Source of the DNA: Cladosporium halotolerans
Taxonomy: Eukaryota
Assembly: GCF_011745625.1 (NCBI RefSeq)
Contig: NW_027191478.1
Coordinates: 248,001 to 312,000, forward strand
DNA length: 64,000 nucleotides
Reading direction: 5' to 3'
Shown here piece by piece: positions 12,722 through 24,700 of this stretch. Under the pieces are notes generated by a model. The model did no database searches and was not told where the DNA came from. It saw only the letters and a list, made by a program, of their open reading frames with translations. Numbering within the stretch: the first letter of the stretch is position 1; each line of letters begins with the position of its first letter. Made by a program: the position numbers and the translations under genes.

Positions 12722-13565
12722 GCTTGCTGTCTTGTTTCACTTTCTTGGGTCTTGATCGATGTGGTGTTGTGTATGTTTTATATTCTATGATGACGGAATC
12801 TCGCCCAATGTGAACAGCTCAAGGTCTGGAAAAAGCGGCAGTTTGCCCAAGGTTCTGCACTTCTGCTCAGAAATAATCGATTGATCCAGAGGAATGAGAG
12901 TATTACAATTTCAAGCGTACCTATATCTGGGATGGGACGTGTGAGGTCGTGGATGTGAGTCGATTCCCACCAAATCTCAATGTCGCCATCGGGAACGTTC
13001 CCGATCTCGGGCACAGACAGACGTAGAAGCTTGCCCTCGGCTCATCACGAAGTCAGCCTTCGCCGCGAGCATGTCGTGCCTGCATCTCGCATGCATAAAC
13101 ATAATGCAGCGTACAAGTCTATTCCACTATCATTCGCAAGGTCCCCCGGAGACTCGCAACGTCGCAGCTCTACCTTTCGAAACATCGGCGTGCAACATGC
13201 TCTAAAATTATACATGCCAGCCCTCAGTCGGAACAACTCCTCTCTCCCCGCGGGACGACTTTGTGGCTCTCCGACGGCTTGAAACTCGCCAGCACGGCTT
13301 TGGAGACGTTAGTCGACGGCGGGACGGAAGTGTCCCTCATGTCCTCACCTTCTCCCACAATGCCCCCAGCGAAAAGATAAAGGTAAGCGCAGCCCGCAAA
13401 GGCTCTATAATCCCTTCGTCCACGATCTCCCAAGTTTTCGAACTTCTCCACCGCAACAAACAAAAAAAAAATCCCCAAAAACGATCGACCACCATCTGGC
13501 CGCTTCCAACACCACCCCGCCGCCTATCTCGCCGCCCTCCTCCTCCTCCTCCCTCTCCGACCACC

Positions 13566-14627
13566 ATGCCACCAACCTCCACCCACTTCTCAATCCGCCC
13601 CATCCCCTCCGCCGGCCGCGGCGTCCTCGCCTCCACGCCCCTCGCACCCAACACCCCCCTCCTCCTCTCCCCCCCGCCCGCCGCCCACGTCATCTTCCGC
13701 CAATACCGCCGCGAAGTCTGCGCGCACTGCCTGCACTACGACCGCGGCCGCACGCTGCCCGTCCGCGACGCCCCGATCGGCAAAGTCTTCTGTGCCGAGC
13801 CCTGCCGCGCCGCCTGGCGCGAGGCGCAAGGGCCCCTAGGAGTAGAGGCGTGGACGGCGCTCGAGACGTTCGTGCGCTCGCGCGCGAAGAGTGTCGTGAG
13901 CACGCTCGCGCAGGCGGCTGTGGGTGCTAAGCCCGGCGCGCAAGCGGTGGTCGCGACGTGGGAGGCGGCGGCGGAGGTCGGGGCGCTGCATGCGCGGGCG
14001 CGGGGAGGGGGAGTGGGAGCGGCGGACTCGGGGCCTGGGATCAAGGCTGATAGAGAGTACCGGCGGGCGCTGCACCATGTGTGGACGCAGAGCGTGGATC
14101 CGGATATCTTGGGGTATTTGCTGTCGGGGGTGTTGACGGCGCATGGGGATGCTGGGTATTGGCAGCGGGAGGTGGAGGGGCTGGCGATGGACGAGGAGGC
14201 GTACAAGGATACGGCGGATTTGGAGGCGCACTGTAATGCGTTTTTGCAGTTGGTTGCGACGGTGCCGCGGGAGCTGGTGGGGAGTTGCACGGTGGAGGTG
14301 TGTCAGACGCTGGCGAATGCGAGCAGTCACAATTCGTTTGGGATACGGGCTGGTGGGGACGAGGGCGAGGAGTATATGGGCTACGCGCTGTATCCGGAGG
14401 CGAGCTATTTCAATCACTCGTGTTCGCCGAGCGTGAGGAAGAAGAGGGTTGGGCGGCAGTGGGAGTTTAGTACGGCGAGGGAGGTTGGGGAGGGGGAAGA
14501 GCTGTGCATCACGTATCTTGGGGGAGATGAGAAGGATCTGACGGTGACGCAGCGGAGAGAGAGGTTGAGAGGAGTTTGGGGGTTTGAGTGCATGTGTGAG
14601 AGGTGTCGGCGGGAAGATACATCATGA
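13566..14627 (+). CDS. SET6: SMYD-type SET/MYND lysine methyltransferase (Set6-like)
   Basis: GRGVLA, VCAHC...FC..C, HNSFGI, YPEASYFNHSCSP, ELCITYL, post-SET WGFECMCERC. Likely start is ATG 13566 (CCACCATG). Confidence 0.85.
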   Translation: MPPTSTHFSIRPIPSAGRGVLASTPLAPNTPLLLSPPPAAHVIFRQYRREVCAHCLHYDRGRTLPVRDAPIGKVFCAEPCRAAWREAQGPLGVEAWTALETFVRSRAKSVVSTLAQAAVGAKPGAQAVVATWEAAAEVGALHARARGGGVGAADSGPGIKADREYRRALHHVWTQSVDPDILGYLLSGVLTAHGDAGYWQREVEGLAMDEEAYKDTADLEAHCNAFLQLVATVPRELVGSCTVEVCQTLANASSHNSFGIRAGGDEGEEYMGYALYPEASYFNHSCSPSVRKKRVGRQWEFSTAREVGEGEELCITYLGGDEKDLTVTQRRERLRGVWGFECMCERCRREDTS

Positions 14628-15012
14628 GATGAGAAATATAGGGAAGTATATGATCATATATGAAATGGCATGTCGTTCACAACACCCAGAGTCGTCGACT
14701 GTGTGCTGTGAAAAGTCAGGCATGCTGTGGCGGAGACCATTTCACCACTTCGCCTCGTGACTATAGTTGGTGCAACTTGCCGTCAAGCATATTTGCTTCT
14801 TCTTGCTTAGGGAGTGTGACCAGGGCGCCTGTTTTGCGCTGCACGAGAGTCATGTAAAACTGGCGGGGGTGTAGCACCCGAGACCCTGGTCGACGTCTGA
14901 GTGACGCAATGCCACGCGCTGGGACGCGCCTGATCTGCAGCCCTTCTATTATAATGCCTCGGTCCCCTCGTCTGGCGGCAATGGCCAAAGGGACGAAAGG
15001 CAGCTGAAGACA

Positions 15013-16104
15013 ATGTCAGCGAACGAAGCAATTGCAGCGTCGATTTGTGAATCGATCACAGGAGAACACGATGAAGACAACCCATCGTTCACCCAAACCT
15101 TGTCGAATTACTTCAACACCAGCAAGTTGATCTTCACGCGTGCTCATGAAGATCAATTCAAAAGCTTGCGCCAGCAATGGGAGATCGGAGAGGACGACTA
15201 CCGTGCAAGTTTCACTCCACCCAACAATAGCGACGACGGCAAAACAAACGACGATAGCAACAACAATGCCCTCGTCTCCATCGGCGACATGGGCTACTCG
15301 GGCTCAACCTTCTTCACGACCGCCGACGGCAAATATCTGATCAAAAGCGTCCCCCGCCACTTCGAGCACTCCTTCTTCCGCGACGAGCTCCTCGTCCCCT
15401 ACGCAGACCACATGCGGGCGAACCGCAACTCCCTCCTCGTCCGCATCACCGACTTCCTCGAAGCCCAGCGCAGCGTCGGCGCGACCCTCGGCCTCGCGCC
15501 CTCGCACCACCTCGTCATGGAGAACACCAAGTTCGGCGAGGCGGCCGACAAGCGAGACGATACCGAGTGGAAGACCTGGGACCTCAAGCCGATGTCGTAC
15601 TTCTATCCGGAGCGCGACGTGGCGGGCGGGGCGCTGTCGTCGGACGAGACGAAGGAGAAGCTCGCGGACGGCTTCGAGGGGAAAATCGTGCACTCCATCG
15701 ATGCCGCCGCGGAATTCCGCGCGACGCTGCAGAAGGACACCGCGCTGCTGGCGCAGTGTAACGCCGTCGACTACTCGCTGTTCCTCGTGCGGATTCCCGC
15801 GACGGCGGAGAGTAAAGAGGAAGACGGCGGTCTACCGGACGTGCCCGTCGAGCCGCCGCTCGTGCCTCCGGGCCCGCCGTCGTGGAAGACGGGCGTGCGG
15901 TCTGCGGATGGGAAGTATGTCTACCGAGCGGCAGTGCTGGACTTCTTCTGGGCGAAGCACAAGGTGCATGCGCAGGCGATGACTGGGCTGATCAATACGT
16001 ACAATGTGGTGGACAGGCAGGGGCCGATGAGCGTGACGACGACGAGCGAGGAGTACCGGGAGCGATTTTTGAAGATGTGCGATGAGATGGTGGAGGTTGC
16101 TTGA
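15013..16104 (+). CDS. Small atypical phosphatidylinositol-phosphate kinase (PIPK/SAICAR-synthase-like fold)
   Basis: GYSGSTFFTTADGKYLIKS, SLLVRI, HLVMEN, WDLKP, DTALLAQCNAVDYSL, VLDFF, EYRERFLKM. Confidence 0.85.
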   Translation: MSANEAIAASICESITGEHDEDNPSFTQTLSNYFNTSKLIFTRAHEDQFKSLRQQWEIGEDDYRASFTPPNNSDDGKTNDDSNNNALVSIGDMGYSGSTFFTTADGKYLIKSVPRHFEHSFFRDELLVPYADHMRANRNSLLVRITDFLEAQRSVGATLGLAPSHHLVMENTKFGEAADKRDDTEWKTWDLKPMSYFYPERDVAGGALSSDETKEKLADGFEGKIVHSIDAAAEFRATLQKDTALLAQCNAVDYSLFLVRIPATAESKEEDGGLPDVPVEPPLVPPGPPSWKTGVRSADGKYVYRAAVLDFFWAKHKVHAQAMTGLINTYNVVDRQGPMSVTTTSEEYRERFLKMCDEMVEVA

Positions 16105-16651
16105 TTGAGGATGTTGGTTTTTGAGCGGTGCTGTTTGTGATACCCCAATTAGCAGCCAGCGAGTGCTTGGTGGATTCTGTAGGCTTGTATTGATTATTAT
16201 GGCTTTCGATCGTCTTGCTGTTGTTGTGGCCTGAGAATCCTTCGCATACACGCACAGGCACAAGGCCTTGACTGCATATTTCTCTTGTGTGCCAAAACCG
16301 CCAGACTAGAAGTCTTACTCGATGGGCTTACCCAAGTCGAAGCCCGTTATCTGCTGGCGGCCCTCACAAGCTTTTCATCTCACAGACCAACACCGGCAAA
16401 CCCACTATGGACTGTCATTTCGGTTGCCACTTGCTCAGATACCAGCAGTCTATCGGGCAATTATGGAGCGCAATATACCTCTTGTGATCGGCTGCTGCGG
16501 CCAAAATCAGAGCGGAACGGCAATGTCGGCTATTGCGGCGACCCAAAACGGTAAGGAGCATCTCGACCACAGCGGTGCCGCCCGAGACGTTTTGGCTGGG
16601 AGGTGAACGGGCCAGGCAGACTGCTGCGTTGCGCCTGTGATGCTGGAGCTG

Positions 16652-17000
16652 CCTCGGCTTGGTTTTGTCGCCAATGGCTCTGTGTTGGAGCAGAGAACGC
16701 AGGTCGAGACTTGAATATGGATCAACACACTGCTGGATACAATCACCGATTTTCCAAGCGATCCTACAGCACATCGCCGGCCCAGCGCAAATACAGCAGC
16801 CGAAGACGTTCTGCCACTCCTTCACGGCGACGTCATGTCTTGCCTCCTCTCCCCACACGCGCGCAATCACAAGCCGGCGAAGCTGAGCTCCTCTGAGCCG
16901 AACGGACGTGCAGCCCGTGGGCGCTGCTCCGATACGGCCATGGGCGGTGCGGAAGGGTCATGGCAACACGGCGGGGCTGCCCTCCACCACTCTCCCTCGG
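16652..17000 (+). promoter_or_regulatory. Two CCTCGG motifs (FarA/FarB-type fatty-acid response element) upstream of malate synthase
   Basis: CCTCGG at 16652-16657 and 16995-17000. The motif is established for Aspergillus FarA/FarB, but a 6-mer can occur by chance in GC-rich DNA. Confidence 0.4.
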
Positions 17001-17201
17001 TACTGTATGTCAAGCTCTCGCGGGTGTCAGGCTTGTGACGACATATAAGAGTCGAGATGCCCAGGTCGATCGGCACCGGTAGCTGCAATTGTAGGTGACG
17101 CTTATATTATCGACTTGCTCTGAGCGATCCCATTCCAACTCTTCACATATCCCTAATCCACTGGACGAAACATCACTACTCCCATACGACAGTCCATCAC
17201 T

Positions 17202-18399
17202 ATGCCTACTCCCTACCAGCCCGAGCGAACGCTCCAGGATGTCAACATCCTCGGCGAGCTCAACAACGATACCCGCAAGGTCCTCTCCAAGGAAGTCAGC
17301 GTTTTTCTCGCTGTCCTCCACCGCGCCTTCAACGGCAGGCGCAAGGAGCTCCTCAAGCGCCGTGAGATCCGCCAGGCCGAGCTCGACAAGGGTAACCTCC
17401 TCGACTTCCTGCCCGAGACCAAGCACATCCGCGAGAACGACACATGGAAGGGCGCGCCCCCGGCGCCCGGTCTCGTCGACCGCAGAATTGAGATTACTGG
17501 CCCTACCGACAGGAAGATGGTTGTGAACGCGCTCAACTCGGACGTTTGGACATACATGGCGGATTTTGAAGGTCGGTCGATAATCGATACCAACTCAACA
17601 GCGCGAAAGCTAACAGCACCACAGACTCAAATGCCCCGACCTGGGACAACATGATCAACGGCCAGCTCAACCTCTACGACGCCATCCGCAAGCAGGTTGA
17701 CTTCAAGCAAGGCGAGAAGGAGTACAAGCTGCGCACCGACCGAACCCTCCCCACACTCATTGCCCGTGCTCGTGGCTGGCACCTGGAGGAGAAGCACTTC
17801 ACAGTCGACGGCGAGCCCATCTCCGGCAGTCTGTTCGACTTCGGTATCTACTTCTACAACAACGCCGAGGAGCTGGTCAAGCGTGGCACTGGCCCCTACT
17901 ACTACCTGCCCAAGATGGAGAGCCACCTCGAGGCTAGGCTGTGGAATGATGTCTTCAACCTGGCTCAGGACTACATCGGCATGAGGCGTGGTACCATCAG
18001 AGGCACCGTCCTCATCGAGACTATCCCCGCTGCTTTCGAGATGGACGAGGTGAGTTGACTGCATTTGTACGAAATCGGACTAGACTAACACTCCCCCAGA
18101 TCATCTACGAGCTCCGCGACCACTCTTCCGGCCTCAACTGCGGCCGCTGGGACTACATCTTCTCCGTCATCAAGCGCTTCCGCCAGAACTCCAACTTCGT
18201 CCTCCCCGACCGCAGCGCCGTCACCATGACCGTGCCCTTCATGGACGCCTACGTCAAGCTGCTCATCAAGACCTGCCACCGTCGCGGCGTGCACGCCATG
18301 GGCGGCATGGCGGCCCAGATCCCCATCAAGAACGACAAGGAGGCCAACGAGAAAGCCATGGAGAACGTGCGCGCCGACAAGCTCCGCGAGGTCCGCGCG

Positions 18400-18430
<31 letters not shown>

Positions 18431-18999
18431 CGCTCGCCACCATCGCCGCCGAGGTGTTTAACGAGCACATGCCAACGCCCAACCAGTTCCACATCCGCCG
18501 CGAGGAAGTGCAAGTCTCGCCGCAGGACCTGCTCAACATGAATGTCCCCGGCAAGATCACGGAGGAGGGCATCCGCAAGAACCTCAACATCGGGCTCGGG
18601 TACATGGAGGGCTGGCTGCGCGGCGTCGGCTGCGTGCCGATCAACTACCTGATGGAGGACGCCGCGACGGCGGAGGTCTCGCGCTCGCAGCTGTGGCAGT
18701 GGTGCAAGCACGGCGTGCCGACCGCCGAGGGCAAGAAGCTCGACAAGAACTACGCCCTGCAGCTGCTGAAGGAGCAGGCGCAGGAGCTGGAGAAGAGCGC
18801 GCCCAAGGGCAACAAGTACCAGCTGGCGGCCAAGTACTTCGCCACCCAGGTCACCGGCGAGGACTACGCCGAGTTCCTTACCTCGTGAGTTTTTTCCTCG
18901 AGCATACCGTGAGATGAGCTTTTTACTGACGTCCTTCCCAGCCTCCTCTACAATGAGATCACGAACGTAAGTACCAAGGTTCCCGCCTCGAAGCTTTAA
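17202..18999 (+). CDS. MLS1: Malate synthase, glyoxysomal (acuE); introns 17572-17624, 18050-18099, 18885-18941; PTS1 -SKL
   Basis: [83 protein letters not shown]; the last exon ends ...KVPASKL*. Confidence 0.97.
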
Positions 19000-19845
19000 G
19001 CGGGACAGAATGCCACGAATCGAGCGTTTGGGCATTGAACGGAGGAAGACAAAAGAAACGGACAGACTGTACGAATTTCCTTTTCTCAACGATGTTTGGG
19101 GCGCAAACGCCAAATTGTGTCAAATAATACCACGCGCGATATCTAGGGAATCATTTTTGCTTTCTTGAGTTGCCGTTCCTTACCTCCTTGACATTCTCGC
19201 GACTCTGTGCTGCGCAATGCAGGCTGACGACTTTCTTCTGTGACTTCCAGACCGATTCCTCTCCCACCCCCGCGATGAAGCTTTGATGAGGTTGTGGCTG
19301 TCTCGATGCCTACACGAATATGACGGATACAAGAACATTGTTTTAGCATGGGTGTTTCTTCAGACCGATTTGTACATATGTGTATATATTCACTTTCTCT
19401 TCTCGCTGTCGCGTCGTGGTTCAGCCATTTCTTGGAACACTGAGTCTATGGCAAAAACCAGCTCGCTCCATCTCATGTCACTCCTACATGCCGTCATTTT
19501 TACGCCCCCGATGATTCTAGTCTTACCGAACACCAAACGGCAAAGCGGCCGGCTAGTGACAGTGACAGGCGCGGTGTTCCATCAGGGTCTCTGCCAGAAA
19601 TGTCCTTCCCCCACGGGGCTTTCAGCCGATCGCATTGCCGCTCGACTTTAGCCCGAGGCTCACCAATGCCGAGCGATAGGGCGGCCTTGGGTATCGCTGC
19701 CAGCTAGCCGACGAACCCAATTGAGCTGCTCTCGTAAATTGTTTCGACGTCGCTCGTAGTGCACCTACACGGTTTTCTGTTGTTCTGTTCCCTGTACATA
19801 CACCTCACTATACACACCCAGCGAACCACACATACAACACGCAAG

Positions 19846-21811
19846 ATGGCCCTCGGTAAGCGACCTCCTCCCCGACCCATCCCACCTCCTCCACCGCTGA
19901 CTCCAGCTCCTCTACCCTACAGCCGCCGGCGCAGCCATCGCAGCCGGCACCTCCGCCGCCGCCTACCTCGACGCCAAATTCCACATCAGCAAAGACATCG
20001 GCAACATCCGGCGCCAGCGGCGCGTGATAAAAGATACCCAGGCGCGCGCCAAAGCCAAGAAGCTCTCGCTATGGTACCACTTCGAAGAGAGCGTCGCGGC
20101 GCACAAGGACAGCCTGGCCCTCTGGTACCGCCCGCAGCCCGCCGAGCCCGCGGTGCAGTATTCTTGGAGGCAGACGTACGAGCAGAGCTGTCGCTGGGCG
20201 CGGTTCCTGCTGGACAATGGCGTGCAGCCCGGGGAGCTGGTGGGCACGTATTTGATCAATTCGCCGGAGTTCATGTTTAATATGCTGGGCAGCTGGGCGA
20301 TTGGGACGGCGCCGGCGCTGATCAACTATAATCTCGGAGGGGACAGTTTGGTGCATTGTTTGAAGGTTGCGGGCAGCAAGGTGCTGGTTGTGGATTCAGA
20401 CGCGGAGTGCGTTGCGAGGATCGAGGAGCAGAGGGAAAGGATTGAGAACGAGCTGGGCATGCGGATCATCATCGTCGACGAGGCGACGAAAGCGACTATC
20501 AATGCCTACGAGCCGACGAGACCTGGCAACGAGCTTCGCGATGGCGTCAAAGGCGACTTCCCAATCTTCATCTTCTACACTTCCGGCACTACTGGATTCC
20601 CTAAAGCCTGCGCCTTCCAGACACAGCGTGCTGGTGTTCTCGGTCAGCCACGGTTGGCTACTACGGGCATCCGCCCAGGCGACAGATGGTACGACTGCAT
20701 GCCGCTCTACCACGGCACGGGCTGCACGACCGCCGTCGGGTGCATGATGACCGGCGTGACGCTCTGCATCGGCCGCAAGTTCAGCGTGCGCAACTTCTGG
20801 CGCGACATCCACGACTCGGACTCCAACGCCTTCGTGTACGTCGGCGAGACCGCGCGCTACCTGCTCGCCGCGCCCCCCTCCCCGCTCGACAAAGCCCACA
20901 ACCTCAAAGCCATGTACGGCAACGGCATGCGCCCGGACATCTGGCGCAAATTCCAGACGCGCTTCAACGTCCCCTGCGTCAACGAGTTCTTCAACTCGAC
21001 CGAGGGCATGCTGTCGCTGCTCAACGTCTGCAACGGCCCCTTCCACGAAGCCCACGTCGGCCACCAGGGCGCCCTCGCCCGCTGGCAAACGCACAACCTC
21101 CTCGTGCCCGTGGAAATCGACCACGAAGCCGGCGACCGCATCTGGCGCGACCCGAAGACGGGCTTCGCGCGCCGCCGCTCCTACGACGAGGGCGGCGAGA
21201 TCATCGTGCGCTGCGCCTCGGAGAAGGACTTCGTCGGGTACTGGAACAACCCCAAGGCGACGGCCGAGCGCTTCGAGCGCGACGTCTTCGCCAAAGGCGA
21301 CCTCTTCTACCGCACGGGCGACGCGCTGCGCCGCGACGCCGACGGCCGCTGGTTCTTCCTCGACCGCCTGGGCGACACGTTCCGGTGGAAGTCCGAGAAC
21401 GTGTCCACGGCGGAAGTCGCGGAGGTGCTGGGGCGGTTCCCGGGGCTGCTGGAGGCGAACGTGTACGGCGTCGAGGTGCCGGCGCACGATGGGCGGGCCG
21501 GGTGCGCGGCGGTGTACGTGCGGCCGGAGGAGAGGGCGGGGTTCGACTGGAGCGGTTTGCTGGCGCATGCGAGGAAGGGGCTGCCGAAGTATGCGGTGCC
21601 GGTGTTTTTGAGGGTGATCAAGGCGCCGACGACGATGCATAACAATAAGCAGAATAAGGTGCCGTTGCGGAAGGAGGGGGTGGATTTCGAGAAGATTAGG
21701 AACGGCGAGGCGGGGAGGGAGGACGAGTTGATGTGGGTCAAGGGGGATACGTATGTGCCGTTTGGCGAGGGGGATTTGGAGGCTATTCGGGATGGGAAGG
21801 CGAGGTTGTAG
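19846..21811 (+). CDS. FATP/very-long-chain acyl-CoA synthetase (Fat1/CefD1-like); 10-nt first exon, intron 19856-19922; PTS1-like -ARL
   Basis: Spliced start MALA AGAAIAAGTSAAAYLDAKFHISKD; AMP-binding motif FYTSGTTGFPK; YVGETARYL; FATP signature DRLGDTFRWKSENVSTAEV; C-terminal KARL. Confidence 0.93.
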
Positions 21812-22797
21812 ATGGGTGGTTTTGTTACGTTGGGTTTGGGTCTATGGGGGGCACCAGCGGGCGTTGCATTTATCGTGAATATGTATTGCTTGAATTTTTG
21901 ACCAAGTAGGTCTTCTTTTACAACAACTACAACAAGAGGTGTTCTCATCAGGCCATGTGATCCGGAGTATTGGAACTGCCCTTCCTCAATTGGTGGTTCG
22001 CAATCTCGCGATCCTTCTGCCCTACGCGGCCCAACGATAAGGCTGGGCTCCAAACGGGCATACTAGTCTTGGCCGAAGGAACTATTTGCGGCGCATGGAC
22101 GTTGACAAGAACGCTTGTATGCCGAAGTTGCCGAAGTGGGACTTCACGACCACCTCGTCAATAGATGATCGCTGGCAATTCGTACCACGAGGCGTCCCGG
22201 GAAGTTGAGCAATTGCTCCTTTGATCGCCTTGGACACACAATGTCAGGCAGGCGTCAACATTGCAGGTCAGGCTGAGGTCGAATGCCCTTGCCTCGACCA
22301 GCTTCATCAAAACTGTCGTGGAATAACGCCAAGCGGCGTTTGCTACACGACAGCGGATATGCGTTGTCAGAGCGCGGTCGCCAAGGTTATGAGTCCATTG
22401 TGGACGCGTCAGGCAGGGGGATTGATGAGGTTGTTTTGATGAGAAGTTGGAAGAGCCTCGACGATGCGGCGTGGCCGATGTATCCGAGTCGCTGGGCAGG
22501 TGCCCTATGTATATGTGTGAGAAGCTGCGCCTGTGCCATCGCGCATTCCAGTGAAGCTTTCTTCTGTAGACGTCTCTCGCTACTTCCTGACCTTCGGTTG
22601 GTGGTATCTGAGCCGGCTGTCTGTCGATTCTTGTCTGATGGGAACGAGTTCGTTCATCAGACTCTCATCACACGTCACTTCAGAAGTTTTAGCGCATGCA
22701 GCGATTGATTATCATCCGGTATTCTCGAACACGACGCCAACGTCCTCGAAGCAGACCATTACCACCACCACCACCACCACCTCCACCGCCAACCATC

Positions 22798-23390
22798 ATG
22801 TCCCAAAACGATTGGCAGAACGGCCTCTGCAGCGGCGTTTGCGGTGGCGACTGCGGCGACTGCGTAAGAACCATACAGCTCCACATCAAGACTTACACGA
22901 GCAAACGCACTGATGCATCACACAGTGTGCCGCGTGGTTCTGCACGCCCTGCCTCTACGGCCGCGCCTCGCAGCGCCTCGACATCTACCCAAGCAATGAC
23001 GAAGAACAGATCGAGACCGTCGACACGAATTGCCTGCTCTTCTGGCTCACAAGCACTTGCTTCCTGCACTGGGTGCCGATGACGATCAAGAGGACGGCAT
23101 TGAGGGAGCACTTCAGCATCCGGGGAAACCAGTTCAAGGATGCGATGGTAAGTTTGATCGATTGATCCGGTCTAGGCACGATTCAGGTCGCTGACGACAA
23201 TGGGCAGGTGTCGCTGTGCTGCACGCCTTGCGGCATCGCTCAGATGAACACTGAGATGAAGGATAGGGCGGAGAAGGCGCAGTTGCTGCCGCCGCAGGGG
23301 TATCAGGCTCATCCACAGGGCATGACCTACCAGCAGCCGCAGCCGCAGCCAATGTACCCTGTGGTGCCTCACCCTCAACCGCCTCAGTAG
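22798..23390 (+). CDS. PLAC8 family cysteine-rich protein; introns 22864-22925, 23148-23207
   Basis: Spliced product MSQNDWQNGLCSGVCGGDCGDC|CAAWFCTPCLYGR...RTALREHFSIRGNQFKDAM|VSLCCTPCGIAQMNTE, followed by a P/Q-rich tail. Confidence 0.88.
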
Positions 23391-23568
23391 AGGTAGCGGT
23401 CATGTTGGGTTCGGGGAATCTGATTGGATCGTGTGAAGCGTTTCTTGTGCATTTCAATGCTAAGGCAAATGGGTATCGTTATGTTAATATGCTGGTAAAA
23501 AGAGCAATTGGGCTCAGGAAGGGTGTCCGCGATCGGGTTTCCGCCAAAGATGGCGTTTTCGAGTTCCC

Positions 23569-24465
23569 CTAGTCCCCGTCGTCCTGAACATCTTCCATCT
23601 GTACTGTCTTCCTCCCATCGTGCTCTGAAGGTGGTTCTCCAATCAGGCCCGCCATTTCCATCTCAAATCTTCGAGTCTCTTCTTCCATGTCCAGATCTTG
23701 ATCCTGCAGCGGCTGTTTGCCCTCTTGCTCGAGCTGCCGAAACCTCTCCTCCTTCTCCTCCGCTTGTGCTGCCTTTTGAGCAGCCATATAGCCTGCCTTC
23801 TCCAGCCTATCTGCCTCCTCGGGCTCCAACAGCCTCCCTTGCCCTTTCGTCCGCGCCTTCTGCGCCGCCACAGCACTGGGCATGAACCGAACCGCCTCCT
23901 TCTTCAGATCCCGCATCACCGGCGCAGCAGAATACTCCGTCTTCGGCGGAGCCGCAGGCGCAGGTTTCGCAGGAAGCGCATGAACCCTCCTCGGCTGGCT
24001 CGGAATCGGCGGCGGCGTATCCCTCGGCATGGGAATGCTCCTCACCTCAGGATCCGTCTCCTCACCGCTGTCCTCCTGCGCATGCGCATCCTCCTCGCCC
24101 CGCCGCCTCTTGCCCAACCCCTGCCTTCGATCCCGCTGCTCCTGCCTCGCATCTCCACCGCCGCCGTGGTGCTCCCTTCGCTCCGCGAACTTCGGCGCAG
24201 CGTCTCCCAGCGCCTCTCGTGCGCGCCTGATGCCTCGTAAATCCTTCTCGAGCTGCGCGAGAGTCTCCTTGTCTTTTGGCCTAAGAACTCCGCGGGTTTC
24301 GAGTTCTTTGAGCTCGTCGATCTGCCGCTGTAGGCGCTCGGGGTTGCGGCGGGCGAGTTTCTCGTTGCGCTGCGATTGCACTTGCTTTTTGTTTTTGGCG
24401 ACGGCTTTTTGCTTGTCGGCTTTGCGCTGTTGCGCGGCGGGGTTGAGTGATTTTTCTTTCGGCAT
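23569..24465 (-). CDS. WBP11: WW domain-binding protein 11-like splicing factor
   Basis: Wbp11 N-terminus SLNPAAQQRKADKQKAVAKNKK...RNEKLARRNPERLQRQIDELK; IPMPRDTPPP; YSAAPVMRDLKKEAVRFMP. Confidence 0.85.
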   Translation of the reverse strand: MPKEKSLNPAAQQRKADKQKAVAKNKKQVQSQRNEKLARRNPERLQRQIDELKELETRGVLRPKDKETLAQLEKDLRGIRRAREALGDAAPKFAERREHHGGGGDARQEQRDRRQGLGKRRRGEEDAHAQEDSGEETDPEVRSIPMPRDTPPPIPSQPRRVHALPAKPAPAAPPKTEYSAAPVMRDLKKEAVRFMPSAVAAQKARTKGQGRLLEPEEADRLEKAGYMAAQKAAQAEEKEERFRQLEQEGKQPLQDQDLDMEEETRRFEMEMAGLIGEPPSEHDGRKTVQMEDVQDDGD

Positions 24466-24700
24466 TTTCGTCGATTCGTGGTGGTTTGGTTCAGAGGAAG
24501 AGGTTCTTTGAGAGAGGTCGGTTTCGAGAGTGACCTGTCGGCGAAAGCTACGCCTGCCGCGGATCGCGCGTCATCAGATACAGAAGTCTTGGCGCGAAGC
24601 CTAACTTTTCGGTCTAGACAGCATTGAAGACAGCGAGAACGCGTGCATACTTAGATCAGAATCTCTCACGGATTTCTCGACTGGCTCGCCGATCTTCGCC

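Noticed and set aside
13263..13565. N-terminal extension of the SET ORF (likewise 43747-43938 for PIF1, 40221-40430 for the mucin, 26863-26925 for the TF)
   Set aside because: Non-ATG or promoter/UTR-like sequence; downstream ATGs fit the expected family N-termini or targeting peptides better.
11886..21642. Long antisense or alternate-frame ORFs over SurE, malate synthase and FATP (289-414 aa)
   Set aside because: Expected from very high GC3 codon usage; no recognisable domains.
19846..21811. Beta-lactam (CefD1) or other secondary-metabolite cluster
   Set aside because: No NRPS, PKS, IPNS or racemase nearby; neighbours are housekeeping genes.
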